A stretch of DNA of 63,289 bases, filler included, from Globobulimina sp. (taxonomy: Eukaryota): NCBI GenBank assembly GCA_003354225.1. It is 49 parts of 49 records of this genome, joined end to end, with 100 filler letters (N's around TTAATTAATTAA, not from the genome) between each part and the next. Parts side by side here need not be neighbours in the genome. Positions count along the whole stretch, not along the records: positions 1 to 1,195 come from PIVH01021229.1; positions 1,296 to 2,490 come from PIVH01021230.1; positions 2,591 to 3,785 come from PIVH01021231.1; positions 3,886 to 5,080 come from PIVH01021232.1; positions 5,181 to 6,375 come from PIVH01021233.1; positions 6,476 to 7,670 come from PIVH01021234.1; positions 7,771 to 8,965 come from PIVH01021235.1; positions 9,066 to 10,259 come from PIVH01021236.1; 41 more parts are not named here. One strand, 5' to 3'. Under the pieces are notes generated by a model that searched no databases, was not told the DNA's origin, and saw only the letters and a list, made by a program, of their open reading frames with translations. A program made the translations under genes and the position numbers. Shown one piece after another: positions 1 to 13,124 of the stretch. Each line of letters opens with the position of its first letter. Position 1 is the first letter of the stretch.

Positions 1-215
1 TCTGGCAATTGTTAATTGAAATCAATAATGAAAACATAGATAATTATAATATCAGTCATAACGATGAACAAAAGGATAACTACGTTAACATTGGAAAACA
101 AAAAATATTACCAATGGACATTTTGAACGTTCATGCTGAGGAGTTAGGAAAAATGAAAGGGTCTATGTATTCATCAGTACGTAAAGAGAAAGTAAAATTA
201 TGGTAAGCTTGACTC

Positions 216-1194
216 TTAATTGTTTTGTTTTAGCTCATCATTTTCTTTACCATGACAATAATGTTGGTTTATTCTATCAACCACCATATTTGCAATATAA
301 ATTGAATCTTGCTTCCACCGCTCTGACAATATACCAATTGCAGTTCCATTGAGTTCAATAATATGATCTTTACCAGTATTTTTACCATGAATTGCATCGA
401 CAGCTAAAATATCCATTCCACCAAAACATTTTGAGCATTGATCAGCCCATAATTTATATTCATCTGTTAACTCAATTTGTGTTAACATAGAGCCGCCAAA
501 CTGGCTTTTCCAGCCACTTCCAGTAAACATTTTTTTCATTACACAATAATTATCTTTACCAATTTTCTGTACTCTTATTCCATATTCTGGCTCAATAAAT
601 GGTTCAGCAGTACAATGATCATCATTGACTGCAATGATAGTGCTTACATCACGGAATGCAGTGTGATCATTGACTTTGATTTTGCCCATCCCAGCATGCG
701 CATGCGATATTTTTATAATAGCCGGCATTTGTGGGGCTATCACCATTTGTCTCTCTGAACTGTAATATGTTGCATTTATTAACGGAAACGCTTTATGGCC
801 GACACGTTTTTCAATCTCTCGTAATGCGCCGAGCATTATTGGACGCTCCAAATTCATATAAATTGCTTGCATCGAATTGATTGAAGGGATATTGGCCATC
901 ATTAACCTAAAATTCAATTTGTTGGCTATTATCATGATTATCGTTATCTTTCAAATCATCCTCAGATTCATCACAAACAAATTGAATTATGGGTTAAATC
1001 ATGTAATTCTTGAATGTATTCATAAAGTAAAAATCATGATAATCATTAACCCATAAAATGCATTTAAACAATCTGTGACAGGCAGTGCCCCTCGAGGTTG
1101 ATTTCTAATTAATAAAAAATGTGGTTTAATATCAACTGTTGGCTGATCATACGATCCAACCACATTTTTATATGCTGCGCCTTTGCGTTTGTCT
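216..1194 (-). CDS. Synapsin-like ATP-grasp protein, 5' partial, intron 907-1050
   Basis: Spliced translation IKPHFLLIRNQ...NAFYG|LMMANIPSINS...KISHAHAGMGKIKV...TAEPFI...IRVQKIG...WK...GGMDILAVDAIHGK...IIELN follows synapsin domain C motifs; GT-AG intron restores frame. Confidence 0.85.
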
Positions 1195-1295
1195 TNNNNN
1201 NNNNNNNNNNNNNNNNNNNNNNNNNNNNNNNNNNNNNNNTTAATTAATTAANNNNNNNNNNNNNNNNNNNNNNNNNNNNNNNNNNNNNNNNNNNN
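1195..1295. other. Artificial contig linker (N45-TTAATTAATTAA-N44), first of ~48 copies spaced ~1294 bp apart
   Basis: The same N-flanked 12-mer with stops in all frames recurs at regular intervals, and content on either side is unrelated. Confidence 0.98.
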
Positions 1296-1905
1296 TTTCT
1301 TACCCATCGTTAATTCCAAATTCTTAATTGTTCTCGATATTTTTCTTTTATTATCCATTAAATGTCGAAGGACCGCGTTTTGCTTACTCCTGTGAGCAAC
1401 GTCCTCTTTTCTCTCACCTAATTGCTCCAAATCTTTCTGAATGTTCTTGATATCATCCACCATTTTATTATGTTGCGAATACAATGTGTTGAGTACGAAT
1501 TTGTTGGATGGCGCCGGTTTCTGTGGGCGTTTCTTTCCTTTGAGTATTTGTTGCGGTGATTTGTTTTTATTGTTTTGGTCTCTATTTTTCTTCATCGTGG
1601 TGTAAATTTTGACTGTCGAGATGGGGTGGATCGGCCAAGAGGTTTACTTTATTTATACCTTTCAGAGTTTAGTCCTAACGAAAGGATTGTGAAATTATAC
1701 TTACTCTTGAAAGGTTTTCACAGAGTTGCGGATTTGTGGATTTTAAAAACAATGTGTTTCGAACAGGCAGGTTTTTTGCTATTATCAAGTGGTAGTAGCC
1801 TGATCTTCTTGTTTTTCATTCTTTCGACCATATCAAATTGATTTCAATATTCCCCTAAAATATCAAAAGAACAATCGATTATAGAAAGCAAACAATTAAC
1901 ATAAA

Positions 1906-2385
1906 ATGTCCTCCATCAAATCACAACTTAACAACAATAATAACAACAAATTAATGTCATTAAAATCCCGATTTTTAAATTTTTTGTTTAATGGTGATTC
2001 GAATGAATCAATTTATTCAAATACAAACAAATCAATGAATGGAAGCAAAGTAATTGAAAAGTGCAGAAAATTAAAAAGTGCAGAAAATGAGATAAATTCA
2101 GATGGAAACAGACCGTTTTCATCGTTTATGTTAAAAAATTGTGAGATAGTCTCACCGATCACAGATGAAATAATAAATGATGAGAATGAGAACGAGAATG
2201 AGAATGCATTAATTTGGGAACAGTGTCAAAATATGTCTTCATTCAATCGTATTTATAGCATTGCAGTCGAAGCAAGCAGTGATTTAAAAGATGAATCAAA
2301 CTTTGTATTAATTAATATTTCTGATTTATACTATCATGCATTTGATTATATATTTGAAGGTGATGGAGAATTTGAGATTTTATGA
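1906..2385 (+). CDS. Hypothetical protein
   Basis: 159-aa ATG-initiated ORF, no recognisable motif. Confidence 0.4.
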   Translation: MSSIKSQLNNNNNNKLMSLKSRFLNFLFNGDSNESIYSNTNKSMNGSKVIEKCRKLKSAENEINSDGNRPFSSFMLKNCEIVSPITDEIINDENENENENALIWEQCQNMSSFNRIYSIAVEASSDLKDESNFVLINISDLYYHAFDYIFEGDGEFEIL

Positions 2386-2594
2386 AATTTTACTGACAGA
2401 TCATGAATGAAATGACGTTTTATATAATTTTCAATTTGTTATATTGTCTTTTTCTAATCTTTGGGTTGGGTTATTATAACAAAAAAAATTNNNNNNNNNN
2501 NNNNNNNNNNNNNNNNNNNNNNNNNNNNNNNNNNTTAATTAATTAANNNNNNNNNNNNNNNNNNNNNNNNNNNNNNNNNNNNNNNNNNNNATAG

Positions 2595-2777
2595 TTACTC
2601 ATACCATGAAGTACGTTTGCCATAAATATCGTCATCACTGAAAAAGCTGGGTTCCTTAGGTGTTGACATGCAAAATGAGTTGTGATTCTTTAACTGATCA
2701 TGTAAGGCGCTGGTTGCGCACTTCATTGCTCCGATAATTATAAAATCCGGCTTGATCCTGAGGGATTTCATTTTCAT
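2595..2777 (-). CDS. Bacterial sulfotransferase (PAPS-binding N-terminus), truncated
   Basis: PDFIIIGAMKCATSAL (5'-PSB loop) and KEPSFF motifs. Confidence 0.85.
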   Translation of the reverse strand: MKMKSLRIKPDFIIIGAMKCATSALHDQLKNHNSFCMSTPKEPSFFSDDDIYGKRTSWYE

Positions 2778-2826
2778 ATGTATATTTCGCGATCCTAATT
2801 AAATAAGTTTCAACAGAAGTCGATTA

Positions 2827-3785
2827 CTATATTTCAGTTTCTTTTTCATTCAGGAACCGTCCTGGAGCGTTTTCCGGAACTGACAGCCATCCAAGGAGAC
2901 CTCCTACAGCCACCGTAAATACAGGATTCACCATAGCATTCATCAGACAGTCAATTGCGTATAACGGAAGAATTGTGATAAATCCGACAATGGGTGCAAA
3001 AGCCGATACCTTCCAATCCAACTGCCGGTATCTTTTCCAAAGTAAAAACGTTGGCATTAACAAGACCAATCCCATTGAAATCAGACCGACAAAACCATGG
3101 ATCCCAAATTCAATAATCCAGAGCCCGTCAGTTACAGAAATATCTTCGCCATACTCATTATATATGCGGTTACGCCCCCATCCGCCCCATCCAAAAACCG
3201 GACGCATTTTTGCTTTCTCCAATAATAGTTCTTCATGATATAACCTTCCATACAGAGAGCGTGCCCTGTCTTCATCAATTATACTCGCATAGGATACAAG
3301 TCTTTCCGATGAAATCACACCAACATACCTGGCGCCGATGTAAAATACAGGCAGCAGTACAAGAAGCAAAACAATTGTCTTCCGGTACCGGGAACCAATA
3401 CCATAGAATGCAAAAAATCCCCAAAAACATAAAAGTATAGCATTGAGTGACCGGCACAGGATAAAAATGACCGACAAAATGATAACATTTAACTTGGTTG
3501 ACATACCCATTATGACCTTAACACATTCCGTTCGCCAGAGAGATACAGCCATCAAAACAGCACTCATCATCCAGAACCCAAGTGCAACGCCATGCTGCAT
3601 AAAGACAACCGGTCGATACCCGCCAAACCGGTAAGTTGTTGCAAATTTATCCAGACGGAATCCATAAATGTAATAGTGTAGATTGGGTGACATCCTCATT
3701 TCCCATATACAGAACGGCACATAAACCAACCCACCGATGACTACCCATATGGCCAGCTCCCGGAGACCTTGATCATCACTGAAGT
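2827..3785 (-). CDS. Bacterial O-antigen ligase/polymerase (Wzy_C-like) membrane protein, 5' partial
   Basis: Multiple hydrophobic segments, RPVFGWGGWGR and DGLWII motifs; no introns; co-oriented with a sulfotransferase as in an EPS operon. Confidence 0.8.
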
Positions 3786-3885
3786 NNNNNNNNNNNNNNN
3801 NNNNNNNNNNNNNNNNNNNNNNNNNNNNNTTAATTAATTAANNNNNNNNNNNNNNNNNNNNNNNNNNNNNNNNNNNNNNNNNNNN

Positions 3886-4770
3886 GCGATATGGACAGGG
3901 ACCGGGACAGAGATAGGAATCATAGACACATTCATCAACACTCCCGTCATGAGCATAGAGAGCGGGATAGATCGCGCGATCGCGACCGTGACCGCAGCAG
4001 AAGTCGCAGTAAACGCAGACATAAATCCAGGCGGAAATACTCAAACAAGGACGAGCCGAAAAAACGTGTATCCAGGTATTTGCATATTTTTTTTTAATGC
4101 ACAGTGTACTGTTTGTGACAAAGTAATACTGTGCAGGTTCGATGTGATGAAAGAGAGTGTTTCGGAGCGGGACCGACATCATATTGCACATAGGGACGGT
4201 GGTCGGGATAGGGACAGGGACAGACATCGAGGATATAGCAGGCACGGCGAGAGAGAGAGAGACCGGGATCGAGGGAGGGTTATTAAATTCAGCTCGTTTG
4301 GGAAGGAGCGGGGATCGAGAAGGAGCACAGCGAGCAGATCCATGGCATGGTCCAGATCCAGGTCCAGATCCAGATCCAGGTCGTGGTCGCGGTCGCGGTC
4401 CAGGTCCCGCCGCAAAGAGAAGGCGAGAAAGAAAAAAGACACAGTGGTGAAGAGTCGGTGTGTGGTGATCTCGTGTTCAGGCAACCGCAATGCGAGAGAT
4501 TTGACAGAGACTGAGATCTCGAACTTTGTGGGTGGCTCCATTGCGAGGATTATTAAGCGACTAAATCCGGGAACGAGTAGTAGTGGAAATGCGTCGCAGT
4601 GCCAATTGTTTTTTTATATTAAGTTTGAAAATGTGGAATCTGCAGCACACTGCGCGCTGAAATTGAAAGAGTTTAAAAACTTTCATTGCTATACGTTGGC
4701 GGTGCAACTGATTGATGAGAAAACGTGGGATTCCTTCTTTCCAGCGTCTGATGGACGGCCAGTAATGTGA
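3886..4770 (+). CDS. RS/RD-rich splicing-factor-like protein with C-terminal RRM/UHM-like domain (intron near 4077-4137 likely)
   Basis: RDRDR and RSRSRS tracts, then SRCVVI...FYIKFENVESAAHC...LAVQLIDEKTW. Confidence 0.65.
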   Translation, partial: AIWTGTGTEIGIIDTFINTPVMSIESGIDRAIATVTAAEVAVNADINPGGNTQTRTSRKNVYPGICIFFFNAQCTVCDKVILCRFDVMKESVSERDRHHIAHRDGGRDRDRDRHRGYSRHGERERDRDRGRVIKFSSFGKERGSRRSTASRSMAWSRSRSRSRSRSWSRSRSRSRRKEKARKKKDTVVKSRCVVISCSGNRNARDLTETEISNFVGGSIARIIKRLNPGTSSSGNASQCQLFFYIKFENVESAAHCALKLKEFKNFHCYTLAVQLIDEKTWDSFFPASDGRPVM

Positions 4771-5180
4771 AAGTTGCAGTGTTTTATTAGATTTTGTCTT
4801 GTTTTAGTAGTTTTTTTCATTGTTTTTTCTTGTCATAATTTATTGTTGCATTGTTGTATGATGCTATCTTATTGTTCAAGTTGCTTAATTATTATGTACA
4901 TTGCAAAGGTCGTCTGGAATATTGTTCAGTGTTTTTATAAACCAGCAACATTTTTAAATTATGTACAATATTCGACATATATCTATGTACAGATATAAAA
5001 CAAAAGTGTGGATAATTTCTTCATGTTAAGAAGCTGCCATCACGTTAGAAAGATGCGAAGAAAGCGAACTATAATTAGCTNNNNNNNNNNNNNNNNNNNN
5101 NNNNNNNNNNNNNNNNNNNNNNNNTTAATTAATTAANNNNNNNNNNNNNNNNNNNNNNNNNNNNNNNNNNNNNNNNNNNN

Positions 5181-6375
5181 CTCTGACAAAGATATTTTAA
5201 TCACAAACTTTTACAAATTCTGCGGTGATAACGATATAACTCAATCTTTACTATTTATCATAAACAAAGATTTATCCTTCCACACAATATCAACCTACAA
5301 ACAGCACAAAAACGTCATTTTGATGTTTGGCTATGTCGATAATGGCAACTTGCCACAGAATCCATGTTGGTTCCTACGGAACATTTTATTGGCTCTCACT
5401 GTCACCTTCAACTTACAAAATACGCAAATTCGAATATTCTGCGCTCGGAATTTGGTGGATAACTTAAAAGATTCTTTAATTGCCGATGTTGTGATGAACA
5501 TCGATGTGGTTACGGACAGCGCAGACAACTTATTACGGAATAAAGAAAACATTCGTTGTGTGGGTTGGGAGCGTAATGCTGAAAACAAATTGTTGCCAAA
5601 AAAAATTGATTTGTCAAAATATTTGGATCCTAAAGTATTGTCGGCAGAGTCCGTGGATTTGAACTTGAAATTAATGCGTTGGCGAAGACTGCCAAACATT
5701 GATTTGGATTTGATTAAGACTCAGAAATGTTTGTTGTGCGGAGCTGGCACATTGGGCACATATATCAGTCGGGTTTTGTTGGCCTGGGGCTGCAGCAATA
5801 TCACCTTCATTGACAATGGCAAGGTGTCGTACAGCAATCCGGTCAGACAATGTTTGTTCAAATATACAGATTGCATTGATACTGGCAACAATTCCAAAGC
5901 CAAAATAGCCGCACACTCAATTTTAGAGATATTTCCTTCCGCAAATTGTATAGGTACAATTTATATATTTGTTGCAATATGACAGTGTTTGAACATTACC
6001 ACAAAACGAAAGGATATAATCTGTCAATTCCAATGCCAGGACATTTTATGGACAAATCAATGGAACCACAAACAAAATCTGCGTTTGCATTGTTTGAGAA
6101 ATTAGTACAAGAGCATGACGTTATATTTTTGTTGACAGATAGCAGAGAAAGTAGATATTTTCCAACCTTATTAGCAAAAGTTTACAATAAGATTGTGATT
6201 AATGTGGCATTGGGCTTTGATTCATATTTGGTAATGAGACATTGTCATAACAGCGATGATTTGGGCTGTTATTTTTGTTCAGATGTGGTGGCTCCAATGG
6301 ACTCAATCTCGGATAGGTCATTAGATCAACAATGCACTGTGACACGGCCAGGGTTGGCGCCTATCGCCGCAGGCT
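5181..6375 (+). CDS. ATG7: Autophagy E1-like enzyme ATG7, partial, intron 5954-6012
   Basis: [87 protein letters not shown]; 59-bp GT-AG intron joins the two ORFs. Confidence 0.97.
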
Positions 6376-6878
6376 NNNNNNNNNNNNNNNNNNNNNNNNN
6401 NNNNNNNNNNNNNNNNNNNTTAATTAATTAANNNNNNNNNNNNNNNNNNNNNNNNNNNNNNNNNNNNNNNNNNNNAGTGTATTAATTGGTGAATTATTTT
6501 ATGGATTAGGATTTATGCACATATTTTACAAAGCGATGACAACATCGATGGACAGCGTTTATAATTCCATTCGAAAAATAGATAGTGATAAAATAAAAAG
6601 ACAAATAAGACATCATATCATTATCTATTGTTGTCAGCTAATTACATCATTGATATTCTTATCAATGCTATCATTATGTATTTGTTTCAATACTTTAGTT
6701 TTTTTTGAAGCGGAATTATTTATTTCAAATCTATGTTTATTATTATTATTCAGGGGAAAGAATAAAGTTTTTAGCAAATTGTTATGTTGTTTCGAGCAGT
6801 TAAGTTTTTGTTGTACGTATATATTATATATAACACTTTTGCACCTAACTACATAAACAAATATACAGAGAACGTAAT

Positions 6879-7670
6879 TTGCAAACACATTTACATCCGA
6901 ATTGTACAAATGAGCCAGTACAACAAGCGCCGTTCAGAACGACTCGTTCAAAGAGCACAATTGCAAAACATACGGCAGCTGCGAGTATCGATAAGTATGT
7001 ATCGTCAAATGTTGATTCAGATGATTTCTTATCAGATAATTGGAAAGGAAATAAAACAATTCATGGATTAAAAGCTGCTTTAAAACTGTCTCAGGCAGCA
7101 CCGAGCGCAAATGGCAAAGCATTAGAAATGTTGGGTGTTACTCGCGGCAAACATAAAAATAAAAATAAAATAAAATTGACTATAAATCCGTTACCAGAGA
7201 TCGCAGAGAAAACTCCTGATTCTGAGGATGAAGAACTTTCCGTTGAGATCATTATAGAAACAAAAACAGAAACGGAGAATAAAAAGAAGAATAATGACGG
7301 ACATTGGATGGAAACGGTTATAAGCTCAACATCAATATTTGATGGCGAAACGATGGATGATATTAATGATGAATTGCCAGCATTGCATGAATCTCAATCA
7401 TTGCACCATAATGATAATGATTTGCATTTGCCTCAATTATTTATAGAAACCAAAAGTAATCCTATTTGGACAGTAAGTCATAATGAGAAAAACAAAGAGT
7501 TTGATGGTTCGCCAAGTGTACATTTGTTGGAAACACCGGTCTCACCAACATCTATGTCTTTATTTGCAGATAAATTAAAAGATATTATTAATAAAATGAG
7601 TAATAAAGGAAAACGATCCCATTCAAAATCAAATATGGATGGCGATGCAATGGTTATTGATGAACATATG
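6879..7670 (+). CDS. Hypothetical low-complexity protein fragment
   Basis: Long open frame in AT-rich DNA, no known motif. Confidence 0.45.
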
Positions 7671-7926
7671 NNNNNNNNNNNNNNNNNNNNNNNNNNNNNN
7701 NNNNNNNNNNNNNNTTAATTAATTAANNNNNNNNNNNNNNNNNNNNNNNNNNNNNNNNNNNNNNNNNNNNGTTAATGTTTATAGTTAGTTTTGTATGGGT
7801 TACTTTGTCTCAAAATGTATTAGTTTGCTATGCACATTCGCAATAAATGACCTCTTCTCATCCCATTTATATATTGAAGATAAATTATCCAACAAAAAGA
7901 TTTTTTTAAGCACCACTCATGCAATC

Positions 7927-8965
7927 ATGAGCAACAAAAAAAAACTAGATCTAATACGATCCTTACAACCCGGAGACGTGGTGATTACTGGAAATCATAT
8001 TGGCTCAATACGATATTTAGGACCGTTGGATGGTCTCGGTTCGAATCAGACTTTGAACACTGATAAAACTAAGATATTTGAATTATTTGCTGGCATTGAA
8101 TTAACAGAACCCAATGGACATATGGATGGTACAATGCTTATAAATGGCAAAAAAATAACATATTTTACAACCACATATGGTAACAATATAAAAAAAAAGA
8201 TAAATAAAAAACGCAACAACAACAGCTCAGAGACTGAAAGTAAATATGATGAGCATCCAGCCACGGATGAGAACCATGGAAAATATGGTATATTAATTCC
8301 AGCGATCGCCATCCAAAAAAAAATAGATTCATTCGCTTTGTTAAAAAAAATAACAATTCTCTTTGACCAATATAAATCTATCAAAAAACAGCTTAATTTT
8401 TATAAAACTCAACAACGGCCCAATGAGCAACCAACCCTTCACAACGAACAATCTTTGATTGATATCAAAACAAATTCGGATTTAATATCACCGACCACTG
8501 GATATGTGCGTATACGTTAATTTTGCATTTATTTTTTGCGATTTTGCGATTAATTTTTATATATTTACAGCATACGCGACCAAATAATCCAATCTCTCAA
8601 CCGTCCATAACATGCAATAATTATCCCACAACAGCAAAAATCGCAGGGTTTAATAACAATCATCACTCAAATTCTCATAGATATAAAAAGTGGTCCACCG
8701 CACCGTTGTTTAATGGATATAATTCGGCGGCAAATAATGGTAATGATAGCACACAAAATGCTGACAATCGAAAAATGCCTCTACGAAAAATAAACAGCGA
8801 ACCATATCCGTATAGTTCTCAAGTTACATGTTTTTATATGTTCCTGTTGTATCTATATACTTTGTACTTTGTGTATATATATATATTGTATACAGCCGGC
8901 TTTTGTTGCCAATGCAGCGAATAATGCGTCAAGCAATGATATAAATGATGGATATTTAATGCATA
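7927..8965 (+). CDS. CAP-Gly domain protein, intron-containing, 3' partial
   Basis: GSIRYLGPLDG...FAGIELTEPNGHMDGT...YF...GILI matches the CAP-Gly pattern (GKNDG variant). Confidence 0.75.
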
Positions 8966-9065
8966 NNNNNNNNNNNNNNNNNNNNNNNNNNNNNNNNNNN
9001 NNNNNNNNNTTAATTAATTAANNNNNNNNNNNNNNNNNNNNNNNNNNNNNNNNNNNNNNNNNNNN

Positions 9066-9944
9066 TCGGCGCCGCCGCCGCAAACCCATGGTTTATTGGC
9101 ATCGGCCTCGCCGCAGAATGATGCAAATGTGTCCAAGCATGAAATGGATGATGATATCGATGTGGATGCGGATGGTGGTGATGTAGAGGAGGCTGTGGAC
9201 GCAGTGGTCGTTGCTGTGGCTGTTGCCGTTGCTGTGGCAGATGAGGAGGATGAAGATGTCGATGTAGACGTCGATGATGATATAGATATAAAGGAAAAGC
9301 CGTTGCGGAGATCGCCGCGGATTAAGGAAAAATTGCAGAATAAAATCATTGCCAATCAACCAAAACAAACTAAAGCTGCGTATACCGCAAATAATAAAAA
9401 TATTAATCATAAACTACGCGAGAATAATTCGTCACCAATCACAAAAAGCAAAATTAAAAAACAAATAAAAAAGAAAAATAAAAAACGTCGGCGTTTCAAA
9501 AGGCAGAGAAGCAAATCACTGCAAAATGAGATAAATGAGGATGAAAATAAGGAAAATGATATATTTGTGTCATCGCAGGGCACTCCATCCAAACGAAGGA
9601 AATTAAATGAAGACATTACGGAAAATGGCAAGAATTATGCCGTGGATGAAGACAGTGTTCGGTTTCCAGTCAGAAGTAATAATATTGATAATATGGAGGA
9701 TGTTGATATGAAGCACGGCTTTGAGGCCAAGGAAATAACGAAAACATTGCGGAGATCGACAAGGAAGGCATCGCTGAGAGCGACTAAGAATTTGACTAAA
9801 AATTTGATTGCCTCACGAAAGAAAAAGAAATCGATATTAAGCCAATCAATAGCATCCATTTCAAATAATAATAATATGCGAAATAAAGCAAAACCAAAAC
9901 CAAAACGAAGAGGAAGACGACACAGTGCGAGTACAAGACGATGA
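9066..9944 (+). CDS. Hypothetical acidic/basic low-complexity nuclear-type protein, 5' partial
   Basis: Long ORF with LRRSPR/LRRSTR motifs and basic clusters. Confidence 0.55.
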   Translation, partial: SAPPPQTHGLLASASPQNDANVSKHEMDDDIDVDADGGDVEEAVDAVVVAVAVAVAVADEEDEDVDVDVDDDIDIKEKPLRRSPRIKEKLQNKIIANQPKQTKAAYTANNKNINHKLRENNSSPITKSKIKKQIKKKNKKRRRFKRQRSKSLQNEINEDENKENDIFVSSQGTPSKRRKLNEDITENGKNYAVDEDSVRFPVRSNNIDNMEDVDMKHGFEAKEITKTLRRSTRKASLRATKNLTKNLIASRKKKKSILSQSIASISNNNNMRNKAKPKPKRRGRRHSASTRR

Positions 9945-11653
9945 ATTAATACTTTTCGTAGATTGTAAATTAATGTATATATAAAATGACAATAATATAT
10001 ATATTGAGTATCCAGCACAGAACAAAATAAATTCTGTATTTGGGCGATTGCTGTTTGTGTTGTTAATTTTTTGTTTTGTCTATTTTTTTATCTGTTGTTG
10101 TAAGTATAAGGTCAATGTATCGGCGGTTGTCTTTTTTTTGTAAACTGGAAAGTGACTATGTTTCACTTTTTTATCTTCTCGTTTTTGGGTTTTTTTTTTC
10201 TTTCTTTTATGTTAAAAGTTACTGTTTAAATAGGTGTGTTGCATTGAGTTCTTTTTTTANNNNNNNNNNNNNNNNNNNNNNNNNNNNNNNNNNNNNNNNN
10301 NNNTTAATTAATTAANNNNNNNNNNNNNNNNNNNNNNNNNNNNNNNNNNNNNNNNNNNNCAGCTCATCTGATTTTTAACATCGAATCAAAAATAAACAAA
10401 TTAAATTAAAATGATGAGAAAAGACCGAGTTACAAACAAATCTGAGACACACACACACGCAAAAAAAACAGAATATATTTGTCAATGTATTGTATTGTAT
10501 TAAATGTATTGCATTGCAAAATAAATAGCATCAAAAACAGAATTTTCCTGAAGTTTCAGAATGAAAAACTGGATCATTTGCTGACCAATTAATTGATATC
10601 AATGTTTAGTATTTAATTATTTTTAAATGATGAGATGATAAAATAATAAAAACACTGAGAAATCTCTGATTTTAATCCTTTATTCTAATCACAACTGTGT
10701 TTCTGATACAGATTCTAAACATTTTTGCTTTGCTCTTTTTGTGTTTTATTATATCTGATTCTGAGCATAATTCATAATAGTTAGAGCATGGACAAGGCGC
10801 AGAATATTTTGAAAAGCAAACAGGTAAAATATTTCTACATTTTGTCAAGAGTTGTAATGATGAGATGTTTCAATTCAATCCAATCCAATCTGAAAATGAT
10901 GATGAAGTACAAATACACGAGCCTCTTAACTCTGAGCAAAATATATATTTATGCATTTTATCTCTCTTTTTTTGCTGGGCAAATATTAATATTTTTTGTT
11001 GAATATATCTAGGTATTTATCGATTATATTTTGTGATTTGTTCTGTTTGATGACAATATTTATTGGCTTGGCTGTATGAAATTTTCCACAATTTATGATT
11101 ACCAATATTCTGAGTTTGATTTGATTTAATTTGTTAACGTAATTCGGAAAAGGATATTTGTTGAATTTGCATTATTTGACATTGTATTTATATTTGTTTG
11201 ATATACAGGTACTGGCAAAGCAGAATATATTTGCAGTTTGTTGCATGTTGAGTTTGTTTAATTTAATTTAATTTAATTTAATTTTATGTTTACTCAGTGT
11301 CATACAGTGCGTTTTCATAATCATAATCATTGTCGGTTCTTTCAAGTCCGAAAAGTTTAATTATATTTGATTTATTTTGGTAAAGTGTAATTTCCATATC
11401 TAAACTTTGCAGGCCAATCATCTAATACAGATCATGGCTACCTCGACCCTGTTGAAAGTACGGAGAAGAAGTTCTCAAGTGTTGGTAGTGGCGATGATAA
11501 CATGTGTCATATTGTACATATTTGTATTTTCGTCATTTATTTCTCAACATAGTNNNNNNNNNNNNNNNNNNNNNNNNNNNNNNNNNNNNNNNNNNNNTTA
11601 ATTAATTAANNNNNNNNNNNNNNNNNNNNNNNNNNNNNNNNNNNNNNNNNNNN

Positions 11654-12162
11654 CCATATCCACGTGGCGCAGTCACAGGTTCTTTGAATGCGATACATTT
11701 ATCATTTAAACAATTTCCACTATAATATAATCCCGGATGTAATCTCCAAAAATGATATGAGTTCGTTCCGCCAGTTTTCGACAGACATTTCGTTCTTTGT
11801 GTTTGTATATTGACAGATTTGCATTTATCAGCTGTTCCAGGTTTGCATTTTTCCTCTTCTTTTATGGAAATTAGTTTTGTATCATCAATATCATTAGTAT
11901 TTGCATTTGTATTTATTAATAATCGTGTTCTTTTCTGAGGAGGTTCACTTATTTCATGCTCGAATTTAATTGATCGTTTTCTTGAATTATCAGTAGTTTG
12001 GTTTGTATTGTTGTTTGCATTGTTGTTACATATGTCTTGTAAATGTATGCTATTGTTGATATCCTCTGATAAATCAACCAAAAGACCTTTAGGAGGATCT
12101 GGATTTGGAACTATTTCCAAATCGCTATCTTCATCTTCATTTTGTGGTAACACAGGAAGCAT
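11654..12162 (-). CDS. Hypothetical protein with Cys-rich WRxxPGLxxxGxCxNxxCxA motif, 3' partial
   Basis: FWRLHPGLYYSGNCLNDKCIAFKEPV at the contig end. Confidence 0.5.
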
Positions 12163-13124
12163 TCAAAATTGTTGTTTTTTTGCCTACTTCAGATTAAAAA
12201 CAGCAAGTAACAGAACAGTAAATTGCTACTGTATTTTGTTGTATGTCTTAGATTATAATTATATGTTAATAAAGGGATAAAAGGTAAAATAAATAGTAAA
12301 TAAATAATATGGATTATGTATACAATCGGAGTTTAGGAGATTAAGGAATATAGTTTTATATATAATGCAGAAATATGTCCGAACATTGTTGTTAGAAAAC
12401 ATTATATCTGCACGCATTTCTTCATATGGTGAAATAAAATGAAATTCAAATTGGATATTTTAATGCTAATATCCTCGTTTGGATTGAGCCTCGTCGCCAA
12501 CAAAACAGTCTTTATGTGCTATACCTGCCATAATTTGTTTTTGTTTTGGTTGACCTACGATCTATAGATGGAAATACTATGTATATAATATTAATATGTG
12601 TACAGTGTATATATGGATTTAAGTGGAATTAAATAGAATCAGTTATATTTGCATGGTGTAACGAGTTTGAAAATGAGATATCCGCACATTGTATTGTTAG
12701 ATTGTGAATTATCTTAATTATAACAGTTATATTTGTTGATACCTATATATAGTGTTTAGAACGTTTGGTAATAACTAGGTAGGGTACTAGGTGTTGCTGG
12801 GACTATTAAGGTACTTACGGGGTTGTACCAGTAACACTTCATATACCNNNNNNNNNNNNNNNNNNNNNNNNNNNNNNNNNNNNNNNNNNNNTTAATTAAT
12901 TAANNNNNNNNNNNNNNNNNNNNNNNNNNNNNNNNNNNNNNNNNNNNAAAGGAAATCTATCATCGAGAACAGACACAAAATCTTATATTTATTAAGTCGA
13001 TATATTCCGGACTTAAATGGAGATTGGAGAAGCGCTGTCATGTAGCCTTTGGGTGTAAACATGATAAATATACATATTAAATATATACAAACATTTACAA
13101 CAAGAATTAACAAAACGCAAAAGT

